Below, piece by piece: positions 1-12,800 of a stretch of 40,404 nucleotides of DNA. The notes beneath the pieces are model-generated. The model did no database searches, was not told the DNA's origin, and worked only from the letters and a program-made list of their open reading frames with translations. The DNA comes from Trichosphaerium sp. ATCC 40318 (taxonomy: Eukaryota; Protista; Tubulinea): assembly GCA_038496445.1 (NCBI GenBank), contig JALMLS010000198.1:1-40404 (forward strand), in the 5' to 3' direction. Within the stretch, counting starts at the first letter, position 1. The number at the start of each line of letters is the position of its first letter. A program made the translations under genes and the position numbers.

Positions 1-546
1 ATATTTAAAGGGTGTAAGCCTCTGAAACTTATTGGTTTTTTCTGTATTGCTATTTGTTGGAAGTTAATTTCTTTACTGATACGTCTTCTCTTGCTTGGTG
101 GACTAATACTGAAGCTGATATATTGCAACCCTAGCACCCGAGAAGTGAAAGAGGCAGTAAAACAATTAGATATTTCTATAGCAGAAAATGAGTTTATCTT
201 GTTAGCAGACCTTGCAACTACAAGTATTCCTCTGGGTATTCTTGTACTTGTTGATATTTTCATAGTAAAAAAAGAAAGTGTGGAAAATGTTTTTGAAAAA
301 GAACATGCTTGGGAGTCTGCGAAGCTTATTGGCTTGTCATTACAATGTTTGGCTTCTTCTTACTTTGTTATTCGTATGTTGTGGCATCATGTACTTGTCA
401 AACATGATACCAAGAATGAAAACACTGATGAGGCAACAGAACCTTTTATAGCTGAAGAACCACAACATGTTGTAACTGATACAATAGAACCTAGTTTAAA
501 TGAAGAAACAGATGCAGTAGACGCTGACACGCTTAACCTATTGTAA
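1..546 (+). CDS. 3' part of a hypothetical membrane protein gene (5' end outside the window)
   Basis: Open frame 91-546 has 2-3 hydrophobic segments and an acidic tail. GTAAGC donor-like site at 14 and AATAAA just after the stop (~555). No family recognised. Confidence 0.5.
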   Translation: MFKGCKPLKLIGFFCIAICWKLISLLIRLLLLGGLILKLIYCNPSTREVKEAVKQLDISIAENEFILLADLATTSIPLGILVLVDIFIVKKESVENVFEKEHAWESAKLIGLSLQCLASSYFVIRMLWHHVLVKHDTKNENTDEATEPFIAEEPQHVVTDTIEPSLNEETDAVDADTLNLL

Positions 547-689
547 GTCTAAAAAATAAACATCTTGTCAACCGGTTGTACAATACCTAGTTTTCTTGGT
601 TTTATGCGTACCTGAGGCTCGGAATCCAGGCGACACTAAATAGGTTGGAGAGCAGCAGAACTGAGATTTAAGCCAACATCTGCTCGCTT

Positions 690-990
690 GACTAACTACA
701 TATCATTGACATGTTCCAACAATCCCCTGTCATAAATTACGGAGAGATATTTAGGTTTACCAAATTGTGCGAATTTATTTAAAGACGAGCACGGTTGGTC
801 AAGTGTTTTAATCCTGAGGCTGTATTATATTACAATATTCAATGAAGTGTTTGACATTGGTAATGATTTCTCCATTGTCCGTAATAGGATCAGTAGTATA
901 GTTTAGCTGCATGTACGCTACTAAGGTGTTTGATCCAAGAGTCACGTGGATTCCAAATAATAATTGTATGAACATGTTTGAGTGCTGAAC
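690..990 (-). pseudogene. Decayed LRR gene fragment, paralogous to the 4843-6038 gene
   Basis: Minus strand reads ALKHVHTIIIWNPRDSWIKHLSSVH...ITDNG...TNVKH...GLKHLTN with frameshifts. This matches ALKKVHTLALNYPCDSWIKHLGNVH...TNVKHL...GLKHLTN of the 4843-6038 gene. Confidence 0.6.
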
Positions 991-1254
991 TGTTTTTATT
1001 TAAACAACATAGAGTCAACGTCAATGGCTCTGCTGGGCTGTGAGAGTAAATTAAGCTTGATTATGAAACCTGTCCAAAAGCGCGGTCCGCTTTGTCCCAA
1101 GTTTGTGTAAAAGCCAACTGCAATACCAACTGATTAGTTAGTGAAAGTTAGTTGCATAGAGAAAAATAGTGGTACAGTTAGTGAAGCTTGTAAAGCTTGA
1201 GCTTTAAAATGTAGAGAGAAAAAACACGATTGTATTGCAAGGACAACTTTTCTT

Positions 1255-1671
1255 CTAACATGAATTACCGTTTACGCCTATTACAGATAACGCAATATTA
1301 GCGTCACTAAGACTACAAGCACAGCCAAGAATAGGAATTTCTGCACCTGCTGGCCAAGGATTGTACAATCTGATCTTCACAACACCGTCAGTGCAATTCA
1401 ATGAAATGTTGCCTGTTTCAGTTGCAGTGATAGAGCTATTTGATGACCAGCAGTTGTCTGTTGTTGCGCCAGCTTGGGAACCTCGTGTCACAGTGATAGA
1501 TATTATTGGCGCACCACTTGTTGGTGCTGTGAGGTAGACAATGCGTTCATGTTGGATTGCCGCTATATTACAAATTAATGGAGGAGGCATAACTTTTATA
1601 AACGACGCTAGTTTACTTTGAATCGAACAGCCGTTAAAAATGTCAATATGTACTCCCTTGTTCGCACCCAT
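1255..1671 (-). CDS. Hypothetical protein (Ser/Thr/Cys-rich, beta-rich appearance)
   Basis: ATG-started 138-aa ORF divergent from SURF2, with a CACGTG motif at 1730 in the shared upstream gap. No recognisable family. Confidence 0.4.
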   Translation of the reverse strand: MGANKGVHIDIFNGCSIQSKLASFIKVMPPPLICNIAAIQHERIVYLTAPTSGAPIISITVTRGSQAGATTDNCWSSNSSITATETGNISLNCTDGVVKIRLYNPWPAGAEIPILGCACSLSDANIALSVIGVNGNSC

Positions 1672-1823
1672 ATTTTATGCCAGGTCCAATGGTACATATA
1701 GATCATAAATTACCGTAAGCCCACAAAAGCACGTGACAACAAAAAGTTCGTATTTTTGGTGAACTTAACTACCGCTCAGTTAAGTTGTTGGGGTTTTTTT
1801 TTCAGAAGTGAGAAAAAGACATT

Positions 1824-2696
1824 ATGGGTGACGGATTTATCCCAGACGATGTAGACGATTGGTTAGAAGAACATCCAGATTTTTACGCCACAGAAACTTG
1901 CCGGGTTAGTTGCTAATTTACGTAATATTTGGTTAATGGCCTATATCAAGGTAAAATGCGAAGTTACAGATCACGAAATGCCGCCAAGGCTTGACGTTAT
2001 TAAACAGCACTTTAATGGCAAAAAATACAAGAAAATGGCACGCTTACGCCGTAATATGAAGTAATAATTATATTTCTAGAAAAAACAAGCAAACAAAGGA
2101 CAATTCGATTACACAGAGTACGAATACATTGTACTACACCCAAGAGACCCGTACGTACAAATAAGCCATTAAAAACCGGAATACATCCAGAATTTATTAA
2201 AAGGCATTTTATGCTTGTAAACTTATAATATTTACTAAAACATGGCCAATGCAGCATTCAAAGCGGCAAAAAAACTATTTGAAGCACAATTAAATTAAAA
2301 CTCTCTGTTCGACGTTCTTTTACTTATTTTTCGCGTAGTACTAAGCTATTCTGCGAACTTACACAAACATTACTCAATAAAGACGAAGACGCAGTAAAAA
2401 AGCACGTTAACGGCGGTAAATACAAGAAGCGTGCTGAGCAATACGAAAATCATAAACAGAAGTTCGAAAAACAAGTAGAACAAGTAAAAAAGACAAAAAC
2501 ATTATGGAGAGAATTCAAAGAAGATCAAAAAAAAGACCGTCAAGAAGAAAGAGAAGAAACTGATAAACAAGATGCAATATTTTCTGAACAAGCAGTACAA
2601 CACAGGTCTAGAAGAAGAAAAATGGTTGATAAACATGATAAGGAAGCAAGGAATGAGTCTAAACGCAGAGCACATAAGCGTCAAAGAGTCAGATGA
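1824..2696 (+). CDS. SURF2: Surfeit locus protein 2 homolog (4 exons)
   Basis: Spliced translation [20 protein letters not shown]...[29 protein letters not shown]...[13 protein letters not shown]...[29 protein letters not shown] plus a charged tail. It matches the SURF2 motifs L..HP, VxCxxTxHExP, GKKY, FDY and LFCxLT...H..GxxY. Confidence 0.85.
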
Positions 2697-3181
2697 AAAA
2701 ACTGTCAAAAAAAAAACCGAAAAGAAAAAAAAATCTTACGCCGTCACGTGATGAGGAAATGTGTTTTAAATCGAAAAAAATGTTTAGAACAAGAAGTATT
2801 GTATGTATCGCGTATATATAGATGGTATACGCGTTAAAAAAAAAGAGTATTGTTCTAGAAAGAAATAAAATCAAAAAAAAAAATCAAACTTGTTCATTCG
2901 CTTTGTTAGTCTGTGAGTTGTGCGTCTGCTCAAGTGTTTCTCAAAATAGTAAGATGGTTACGCTCATTGTAGAAGCAAAATTTTTGAATGAAAGTTATTG
3001 ATCGATTAGCTTTTGGCACATCTTTCTTGGCCATTTTTTTTGTTCGGATGTCATTACTTTTTTTTCTTCACAACACAATGGTTTTTGTCACCACTTTAAA
3101 AATAAAAAACTGTTTGGTTAATGCTACAAGGGATTTTATTTACAATTTTAATGTACAAAGAAGATAGTGGTGGAGTTATTT

Positions 3182-3637
3182 TTACTCGCGTCTTGCTTTC
3201 GATCTTTTCGCTTGAAGGTGTCTTGTGAAGGCAGAGGCTTTGGTAGCTTCTTTGACAGTTGATTTTGCCTCTTTTACTGTCTTCACAGCTTTCATAAGAG
3301 AGTGTTGACGTAACTTCTTCAACTTTGCAAGTTTGGCATTCCACTGTTCTGCCGTTACCAGGCACCGCTTCGGCGTCTTCAGTGTCGTTTGTTCGCCTGT
3401 ATTTAGTTCTGGCGTGTTTTTTTGTTGTCGGCTGTCCATTGTGTGCTTTGTCGCCTCCTCTTCGCGCTGAGCGTTTTCTCGTTGTTGTGCTTGAGCTCGA
3501 GCAAGAATGTAAGCCCTTCCACGTCGTGGTCGTTGAGGTCGTCCAGTGAGCGCCGATCGGATAGAGCCAAGAGTGGTAACAATTAATTTAAGCATTTGAG
3601 GTGTATTGGAGTAAGTATAAGTAGTTATACTAACCAT
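3182..3637 (-). CDS. Hypothetical basic/coiled-coil protein
   Basis: 151-aa ORF with a K/R/A/E-rich helical C-terminal half. The start is uncertain and no family is recognised. Confidence 0.3.
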   Translation of the reverse strand: MVSITTYTYSNTPQMLKLIVTTLGSIRSALTGRPQRPRRGRAYILARAQAQQRENAQREEEATKHTMDSRQQKNTPELNTGEQTTLKTPKRCLVTAEQWNAKLAKLKKLRQHSLMKAVKTVKEAKSTVKEATKASAFTRHLQAKRSKARRE

Positions 3638-4842
3638 GACTTTCCAAAGTCGAGAAAACTAGCCAAAATATATACTCTGACACTTTTACGAACCTACAAA
3701 ATACCCATAAACACTATATCTAATAGTGTACCTTAGATTCCGAGCGCTGACGTTCTTTGTATACTCGTGCATTTACTCAAAACTGTCACAATGTTCTGAA
3801 AGTGAACTGGAAAGCTCACTGTGCGTAGTGTAGCTTCGTTTTTGGTATAACAGCCTCCGTGCAGTATCTAAATTTAACGTGTAGCGTGCCACGAGAGTCC
3901 AAAGGACTTATACCGTACGCAACCAAGCAAAGTAGAAATGGCGTTAACCAGATCTCAGCACAGAAAGTAATCTGTGACGTTATTAGCACTGCTGAAGGTA
4001 TTCGAATCTTTGATGCAAGAGCAGTGAGACGCCTTTTTTTTGCTCTAAACCGCATCGCGTTCCACAGAAGTTACTAATCGCTTGAAGCAACCGGCTACTT
4101 GTTGTGGTGTGAAATGCGATGTGTTTGAAGCAATTAGTCGAGGTTCTAAGCTGTCAATGGAGAAGTTCTAACAACAAGCTGTACGTAAAACTGGCGTTTG
4201 TGCTTATCATCTCGTGTAGTTAGAGTTAGTAGCGCTCAATTGAATTAAAAGTCGTATTGTTATCGCACAGCGGAGTTTCTTTATGCCAACACGGTTGAAT
4301 ATGCAGTTTTTCAAGCGTATCTGCTGATTTTCCACCTGTTTCATACAAGGTTGATCAAATTTAATTCTGGATACGTGCCAATTCGCGTCTTAGCTGGTTT
4401 TAGTGGAGTAGGATAAAGGTTGGGTGGAAAGGTCGTCGTTCGACGGTTCTTAGGTTGAAATTATCGAACAGCTACTCTTTCCAGCCTGTTACGCTTGCCA
4501 GCTGTAAAATCGGGCGTTTTAGACAACAAGAACGAAAAACTATTTCCTCGGACTCCGAACTTCCTTTGATGCGTACTGTTACGCTTCAGAAATGTTCTGC
4601 TTTTACACCCTTGTTGTTCGTTTTCGTTGAGTTAAAAATAAAACCTGTGTGAAGTTTACTTTAACTTAACCACAATGGAATAAAACCAGAAAAATGATTT
4701 GGAATAAATGCCAAAAGGCAAAATGAAACTGCTTGTTGGACAATTTATTTTGCTAAAGAATGACAAACAAGACAAGTAGCGTTTATGCCTACATTTTGTA
4801 ATTTAGCTAGCCATCTGCAAAGATCTGGAACAAACAAACTAT

Positions 4843-6038
4843 CTAAAAAGGTGCCTCAATGAGAAAGTCGTTTTCATTGTTGTTGACAAGTGCTATACCC
4901 AGTGATTCAATATGTTCTTTTGTGATGGAAATATCGTTTGTGATTTTAATAAGTTTGAGAGATGTCAAGTGTACCAAGCATGAGTTTGTTATCTTATTGC
5001 AATCCTTAAGAACAAGGTATTCTAGGTTTGTCAAGTACTTCAATCCTGAGTTTGTTATCTTATCACAACTCCAAAGAAATATGCGTTTAAGGCTAATCAA
5101 GCTCTTGATTACTTCATCAGTTATTTGAACTCTGCATAAAAAAAGATTTTCAAGATTTGTTAACTGCTTCAGTCCATCTATTTTCATGTTATCAATCTGT
5201 TTTATAGTGAGATACTTAAGGTTTACCAAATTGTACAATCCTGAACCGTTGATATTATTACATGATCTTATATCCAAATGAACAAGGTTGGTCAAGTGCT
5301 TTAATCCCAAGTCTGTTATCTTTTTACAATATTGAATGTGTAAGTGTTTGACATTGGTTAATGATTCAATCCTGAGTCTGTTATGGAGTATCCATAACAT
5401 AGCTTCAGCGTATGTACATTACCAAGGTGTTTAATCCAAGAGTCACATGGATAGTTAAGAGCAAGTGTATGTACTTTTTTAAGTGCCTTAAAGCCTTCAG
5501 CAGTTAATTTATTACGGCTGGTAATTAAAATTGTGTGAACATCACTAAGTGCCTTAATACCTTCATCACTTATATCTTCGCAGTTATTAATGAGAATCAA
5601 GTGTACACCACTGAGTGCTTTTAACGAAACATCTGTTATACTTGTATTTATTAACTTGATTGAATGAATACTGTGTTTTCCAGTTTCCAGCAAAGAAAGG
5701 ATACCTTCATCTTCAACGTACACAGAGTGTATAATGATGTCATGAACGCCATAAAGACAAGCCATGTCACTTGCTGATATTTCAAGATTAGACAAAATAA
5801 TACAAGTATTCTTAAGCAGCGGACTGCCTTTTAACACGTGACAATCTGATGGTTCTCTCAATAACATCATATTGAAACCAATATTATGCCGTATGATGTC
5901 ATTAAACATGTGAGATACTGTACAAGCTGATATACGCTCTCTTTTATCTAAATAACGTAGAGTAAACGTTAATATCTCTGGTGGAAGCTGTGAGATTAAA
6001 TTAACTTGTTCATTGTCTGTGTCGTCACGCCTTGACAT
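4843..6038 (-). pseudogene. Intronless F-box + leucine-rich-repeat (FBXL-like) gene with one 1-bp frameshift near 5365
   Basis: F-box ISQLPPEILTFTLRYLD...ACTVSHMF followed by LRRs (LxxVHxIxI..CxxITDxG). Two overlapping ORFs join at GGATTGAATCATTAACC by a single missing base. Could be a pseudogene or a sequencing error. Confidence 0.8.
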
Positions 6039-6416
6039 TGTCACTTCCTTGAGTTAAAAAATCACGTGACTAGATTGGACCGAATCGGTATCTACGCTAG
6101 GATTGATTGGCGCTAGCTATTGCCATCAAGGTATTATGACGTCGGTAGACAACAAAAGAGAATACTACGACACGACAGCAAGTTACTCAAGCGAAAAAAA
6201 GTAAAGAGTTTTTTCGTACTAACGATGCCACATCTAAAGCATTGACAAGATAATCAATAATCCTTTTAAGCAATATATAACCTATGTCACTTTGATGTAT
6301 CTCAACCGATAGGCTCACAATATTCGCAATAATTATCAAAAAAGATTGAAATAGCATTCCATTTATTTGCACTAGCGCTGAAGATACATTAGGCATGTAT
6401 TCTAAGCCTCATGTAC

Positions 6417-6811
6417 TTAGTTTCCTTTGCAAACAGCGTGGCAAGAAGTATAATTTGATTCGCACTCTTCTGTGGATAGAGCTTTGTTCTCCATACAAGC
6501 ACCTTCTTTATCAAGACAGTAGCGGTTACATTCCTCAGTCAATAAGAAACATTTCGCATTTACGTCTTCATGTAGTTCCATGGAGCACTCCTTGACGCAA
6601 CAGTTGTAAGAAGCTTCACACCATGAAGGAATATGAGTGTACAAGCAAGCTCCCTCCGCTTGAAGGCAGTTATTCTTACAGTCTCCAAGCTAGTTGTAGT
6701 TTAGATATTACAGCTCGTTTTATCGTATTAGTTTCGTACGCTTTCTTCAGGGTTGATTGCTAGGGTAACTGCTATTGTGATGGCGATAAAAACTAACGAG
6801 AAGGTGCGCAT
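6417..6811 (-). CDS. Secreted 114-aa cysteine-rich protein with two internal repeats
   Basis: Exon 1 (6811-6740) encodes a signal peptide, MRTFSLVFIAITIAVTLAINPEES. GT-AG intron 6739-6690. Exon 2 has 14 Cys, 12 of them in two C-x3-CL-x2-EGAC-x8/10-CE-x2-Y-x2-C-x3-C units. Confidence 0.8.
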
Positions 6812-6893
6812 GTTGTTTGATATTTGGATTTGTGTTATTTTTTAGTTCGAAAATTCACTGTAAAATCAAGCTTTCCCTAATCTACGTTGTCAA

Positions 6894-6903
6894 GTCACGT
6901 GAC
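6894..6903. promoter_or_regulatory. GTCACGTGAC E-box, representative of a CACGTG motif recurring upstream of several genes (1730, 6063, 20109, 22450)
   Basis: Perfect 10-bp palindrome 83 bp upstream of the 6811 ATG; the motif recurs near other starts. Confidence 0.5.
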
Positions 6904-8314
6904 TACAAGTTTGCGTCAAAATTTTTGCCGTTTGAGGCGTAGGCGCTATTATTGCTATTAAATACTCCGAAGCAAGTAATATCATAAGCTGTGAACTCCC
7001 TGTTACCTAAAACTGCTTTACAATATCACGTGATTCGACACAAAAATGGCATTTCGTTCACACAAGATTTGGTAACGTGAAATAGTAAAAATATGCGAAA
7101 GAAATGCGTGAAAGGCAGAAGGAAATCAATATCGGAAAACAAACGGCAGGTGGCGCAGTACAAAGCGTGTATTACTGCTACGCCAAGTATTTTCCGCGTT
7201 TGAAGACTTTGGATGGAGTGAAGCCACAGCTTTGTTGCCTCGAAGCAAAGATCTACAAGAAGACGGAATGCGAGTTGTTTCAAAACCACAATCATAAACG
7301 CTCAATGGCAATGACTTGATATGTCTTTCTTTAGGGAATTAAATTGTCCACAAACGAGCAGTTTTACATCGAAACTTCGGTACAAATGTTAACTTCTCCT
7401 TCAACGTATATCTCTTATGTAGTGAGGAACATAAAGTATATGTACTTGCCAATCCTCCAAGTTTTTGTTTACCTGCTGATCATATGCAGATTGCACCAAG
7501 TCCCGAATATTTCTCTCATGAGCTATGCTTGCAATAGGCTCTCAAATCGCCAATCAGATAGTAAACAGCTTTGGGGTTTCCCTTAACACTGAAGAAATAG
7601 CATATGGCTCGCAATGAGACACTTGGTACCAATGTTGGTACAACAAATATAGTATTGCTTTAGTGCACGTTGTAAGCCTGCTCAGGTCAATAATGGATTC
7701 TGTCGTGGCTACTGTAATGTCAGCAATTGTTCTAGCAAACGATAAAAGGTATCATTTGCAAGACAGCCATTAAGGTATAAACACTGAGCACTTAAAGTAG
7801 AACAAGGTGTCTTGTAACTACATGATTTTTCCCAAATACAACAAATATTGGAGCACTAGAATACGGAAGTACTTGCTGAGTGAGCGCCAGTCAAACAAAT
7901 CAAGAATTTGAAATCTGAGCAAAGTTTCATATAGATATCAACGACAATAACATCTTATCTTGGCTGGGAAACTTGCTTGTAATGGAGGTAAGTTCTTTAT
8001 GTTTGCACTATACGTACATCAACAACATTAGTTGTTATCATGTGTAAACAAAGCGTACAATAAGTGAGGCTAACTGATTTTTTACTTTGTTAAGGATGTA
8101 CATGTTTCATGCCAATGTCAAGTTGATAATACGACATTTATTTTAGTAGGACTAACACTCGTAAGAATTTCATGTGCAACACCTGCTAACGTCACTTACT
8201 TTCCATTGCGTTCTGTTGTCAAAAGTAGTTGCCTACAACTTTGAACTCCAGTGGACTTAGTGGGTGTAGGAGCTTGTTTTGACGAGTAGACACTAAAACG
8301 GGAAGTGGTTTCTT

Positions 8315-8998
8315 CTTTTTTTTTTTTTCAATAAGAGGCAGCGCTAGCGCCTACTTTATTACATATGTATAGGGGTTTAGATTGCAAGACTACTTACAGA
8401 AGTAACATGCGTGTACAGAAAGTTACAGGAGGACGTCATGTCATGTGAAAGGAACCAATCGTACATATGAAAATAAAACTAAATTAAAATTTCTTTTCTT
8501 TTTTTGACCAACCTTATAGTATGGCGTATGCATTTGCTCTATTGATGGTCAGCAATTTGATTATGGTGATGAGGTTAACGTTTTCATGGACATTTGTTGC
8601 TACCCGTTTAATTACTGTATTGCTCAAGTGCATATAGAGGTGGTCCAGTCCGCCTAAACCAGCAAAAAACAAAATCTGACCTTGCTATTCTTCATCGACA
8701 TCTAGTTTCATTACCTGCTAATACATCCATGTTTGAGTTACAAGCATGTCCAATGGCCATAGACGTAGAAATAGTGAAGTGTTCCTTTAGGAAGTTAGTT
8801 TGTTGTGAGAAAGGTAAAATCGAGTTAGTGTAGTTGATTTGTAAAAGCAGAATAGAGAATTAAATCAGATTGCCAACGAAATACGTTTTTGCTTTGGGCC
8901 CGTCATGGGCGTAAAGGGCTCTGTAGAGTGTAGAAATAACGGTGTAAAACTAAAGATATGAAGAGAAGCTGCATTCACCGGGCAGTTAAGCCGGCCTC
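8315..8998 (-). mobile_element. Non-coding SINE-like non-LTR retroelement (684 bp)
   Basis: Perfect 16-bp TSD CGGGAAGTGGTTTCTT (8299-8314 / 8999-9014) and an A13 tail (T-run 8316-8328). Its 5' ~40 nt and 3' ~150 nt are shared with the 15133-17638 element. Confidence 0.88.
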
Positions 8999-9817
8999 CG
9001 GGAAGTGGTTTCTTTTGAGTCCAATTGATTGAGTTATAAAATCGTGTAAGTATTGATGAGGTTCTAAGTTTTTGACATATTTACAACATTTTGCAATTTC
9101 AACTATCCAGATAAACGCTTCTGTCCCTATACAGCCTTTCCTTGCGTAGGATAGCCTATTAAAACTATTTTTACGCGTTTTAAGGCCCTTGTGAGCAAGA
9201 GGTAAAAAGTCGAAATTACTGTGCGTTTGCTTGCTTACGGCGCCAAAAAATGACAATAAACAACGTAAGTATTCATGGAAACTCGTCTTACCATATAAAC
9301 TTATGTAACATGTGAGTCTTGCTGTACAGCAAGCTAACTGACTTTGTTTTATTTCTTCAACACGTGGACAACTTTTTCTGGCTTCGTTACAGTTTCTATT
9401 TGCTGAATACGTTTTGAACTCATCACAATACAGTAGTAGCTCTGCTTTTATGACACTACCCAACCATATTTTGGGCGTGAAGTAATAGGTACAACGCAAA
9501 AAGCATGTCGTGATATATTGTCACGTGCACAAAAGGAACTGGTTCCTAACGTACGCTTACATTAACGCAGGTATCGCTAGACACTTTGCGCGGATATTTG
9601 TAATTTTTTTGCAGTTATGTCGACGTTTCTCAAATCCTAACTTAATAAATACAAGGAGAATGGGTAAATCTGCGAAGAGTGATTGCGCTATAACTGCGTG
9701 TAACTGTGAAACGGCAAACCGTAACGCCATTGTGCACAACACCAGTTCAACGAAAAACCTGAGGTCAAGTCAAGGTCGTTTAATATTACTTTACGAAACC
9801 TTCAAGAGTGACACATC

Positions 9818-12800
9818 ATGGCAGAACCACAGCGTGAAGAAACTCAAGATCCTAATGGTTGATCATAACGCTTTTTTATATAATCTTGTTGGTAATAACA
9901 TTTATTCATAGTTGAGCAGAATATCTACGAAAATGAACTGACCGCACTTGAACTTGTGTGGTTTTTTGCAGGTATGCAATATGTGGTAAGCATAGTTAAC
10001 CAGTTGTAGTAAGAAATGGCTATGCTGAAATTGTTTCATCGCTTATTAAAGTGAACATAAATGTTGATGTTGTAAATTCTAGCAGAATGACAGCTTTAAT
10101 CTATGCTGGTAATGTCACATACGGAATACAGCATGGTTTACTAACATTACTATGTAGCCTGTAAAAAACGCTATAAAATTGTATCAATGCTAATCAAGGC
10201 TGGAGCAAATATTGAGGCTGTTGATGAACGTGGAAACACAGCTTTGGCTAGGGCGGGTAATACCATTGAGATACAAAATACAACTTGAGACTCACACTAT
10301 TAGTAAACAATGGAGATGATAAAACTGTATCAGTGTTAATCAATGCCGGAGCAAATATTGAGGCTGTTGATGAACATAGAAGGACAGTTTTGATGAGTGC
10401 AGGTAATGCCACATATGGAATACAGCATGGGTTTACTAACATTACTATGTAGCTTGTATAAACCATGATAAAATTGTATCAATGCTAATCAAGGCTGGAG
10501 CAAAAATTGAGGCTGTTGATGAACGTGGAAACACAGCTTTGATGAGTGCAGGTAATAGCATTGAGATACAAACGTGTTTGCTCACATTACTATTTAGCCA
10601 ATTGTGGACGTTATGAAAGTGTATCAGTATTAATTAATACTGGAGCAAAAATTGATGCTGTTGAACATGGAAACACAACTTTGATGAGTGCAGGTAATAG
10701 CATTGAGATACAAACATGTTTGCTCACATTACTATTAAGCCAATTTTGGACGTTATGAAACTGTATCAGTATTAATTAATACTGAAGCAAATATTGAGGC
10801 TGCTGAAAGACATGGAAACACAGCTTTGATTTATGCAGGTAATAGCATTGAGATACAAACGTGTTTGCTCACATTACTATTTAGCCAAAAATGGACGTTA
10901 TGAAAGTGTATCACTATTAATTAATGCTGGAGCAAATATTGAGGCTGTTGAAAGACATGGAAACACAGCTTTGATGAGTGCAGGTAATAGCATTGAGATA
11001 CAAACATGTTTGCTCACGTTACTATTTAGCCAAAAATGGACATGATAAAACTGTATCAGTATTAATTAACGCTGAAGCAAATATTGAGGCTGTTGATAAA
11101 GATGGAAACACAGCTTTGATGAGTGCAGGTAATGCCACATATAAAATACAACTTGGGACAACTCACACTATTTAGCCTGTTACGGACATTATGAAACTGT
11201 ATCAGTATTAATTAATGCTGGAGCAAATATTGACGCTGTTGAAAGACATGGAAACACAGCTTTGATTTATGCAGGTAATAGCATTGAGATACAAACGTGT
11301 TTGCTCACATTACTATTTAGCCAAAAACGGACATTATGAAAGTGTATCAGTATTAATTAAAGCTGGAGCAAATATTGAGGCTGTTGATAAAGATGGAAAC
11401 ACAGCTTTGATGAGTGCAGGTAATGTCATCATATAAGATACAACATGTTTGCTCAAGAGAGGATTAGCATACAAAGGAGACAAAGAAATCATGTCAATGT
11501 TAATCTATGCAAAAATTTACACAGTTGGTGAAGATAGAAACAATGCTAATTCGGGTACTGTACTCAATCAAAAAGCATACCATCATTATTTGCCTTAACT
11601 GTTTTGGTAGTTATATCACCAGACAAAAGAATGTGGCAAGACTTTCTTTTTGTGTTATTTAAGCGACTAATTTCAAATGCCCTTGGATCTGTTGTAGCAT
11701 TTGTAACTTTTTTACAACACTGTCCAAGTGGTAAAGAATGCAAAGTAATGTGGAAATCTTGTCTGGCAAACATGTACTCGGCTTCTGATAAACAAACGCT
11801 TTTTGAACATATTGAGCAATGGCTTCCATACTTGGTATGCTACTATGAAGCAATATGTTAGTTCTTACTAATCATACAACATTTAGACAACACGGTCTTA
11901 TTTTAAACTGGCAATGGAAAAAGGCATTTGTTATTTAATTAAACCTATTTATCAAGACAAATACAGCAACGATAATGTACTTTTACCACAAATCATTAAG
12001 CTAACTGGTTTATCAGGGATTATTTTGGAAACAAGATGGCCAATTGATGCTTGGTATCTTTGATGATATGCCTGATAGATGGGATGAGAAAGACCCGAAT
12101 TGGTATTTTATAGCACATTACAGATCATTTATCACAGGTACAATAAGTTACTGTCTTATACAAATACTAACAAATATAAGGATTAAAAAGTGAAAACGGT
12201 TGGGATCTTAATAGACGATTGTATTTTGCACATTCTTGGGACAGATCTAAAAGCATGTACGTCTGTTCAATGTGCCATTGTGGGTATCTTTATTAATTTG
12301 AAAAGAGGAACTATTACAACGGCGACACACTATAGAACATTGAATCTTCTTGATTCAAACGACAGAGTTGCTGTCAGAGAATTGAAAACCCTTCAACAAG
12401 AGATGTCAAAAATGCATGGCTACAACAAATACAACATTGTTGAAGCGACTCTTGTTTACAATGAAATCTTGACAGAGAATTTTGGTCGATCCAACAAAAT
12501 ACTACACACCAGGCATCAGTATGTTTATTTTGCAGTTTATGTAGTCATTTTTAATGGACCATTCATATTTTAGAGAACTGCCTGGATTGTTTAAAAAGCA
12601 AGATTGGAAAAAAGATGAGATCAACAAAAAGTACATAGAGAGCGTTTTCATTAAATACAATGCCATACCCACTCAGAAATATGAAAGTACATACAATTTA
12701 AAAGAAGACAGTACAGAAGGACAGGTGGTGTTCATCAACAATATCTTACACTCACACCTGTTTAGTTACCAGTGATATTGATGGTTCATGGAACAAGTGA

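Noticed and set aside
3800-4650. Possible decayed gene or short ORFs
   Set aside because: Multiple stops and no recognisable family.
7000-8260. Possible decayed minus-strand gene
   Set aside because: Coding-like patches only; no consistent exon model or recognisable motif.
8690-8760. APE endonuclease remnant (MDVLAGNETR) inside the SINE-like element
   Set aside because: Only a 10-residue resemblance in a short, stop-bounded frame; no other endonuclease motifs.
8960-8998. HDV-like ribozyme or tRNA-derived head (starts GGCCGGC)
   Set aside because: I could not build P3/L3/P1.1/P4 or a cloverleaf, and the two copies share no B-box.
8975-9911. ORFs 8975-9499(-) and 9510-9911(+)
   Set aside because: Non-ATG starts, no motifs, and they cross an element boundary or the true ankyrin-PARP exon 1 in another frame.
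9972-11467. CRISPR-like regularly spaced repeats
   Set aside because: The units are ankyrin exons plus GT-AG introns. There are no unique spacers or cas genes, and the DNA is eukaryotic.
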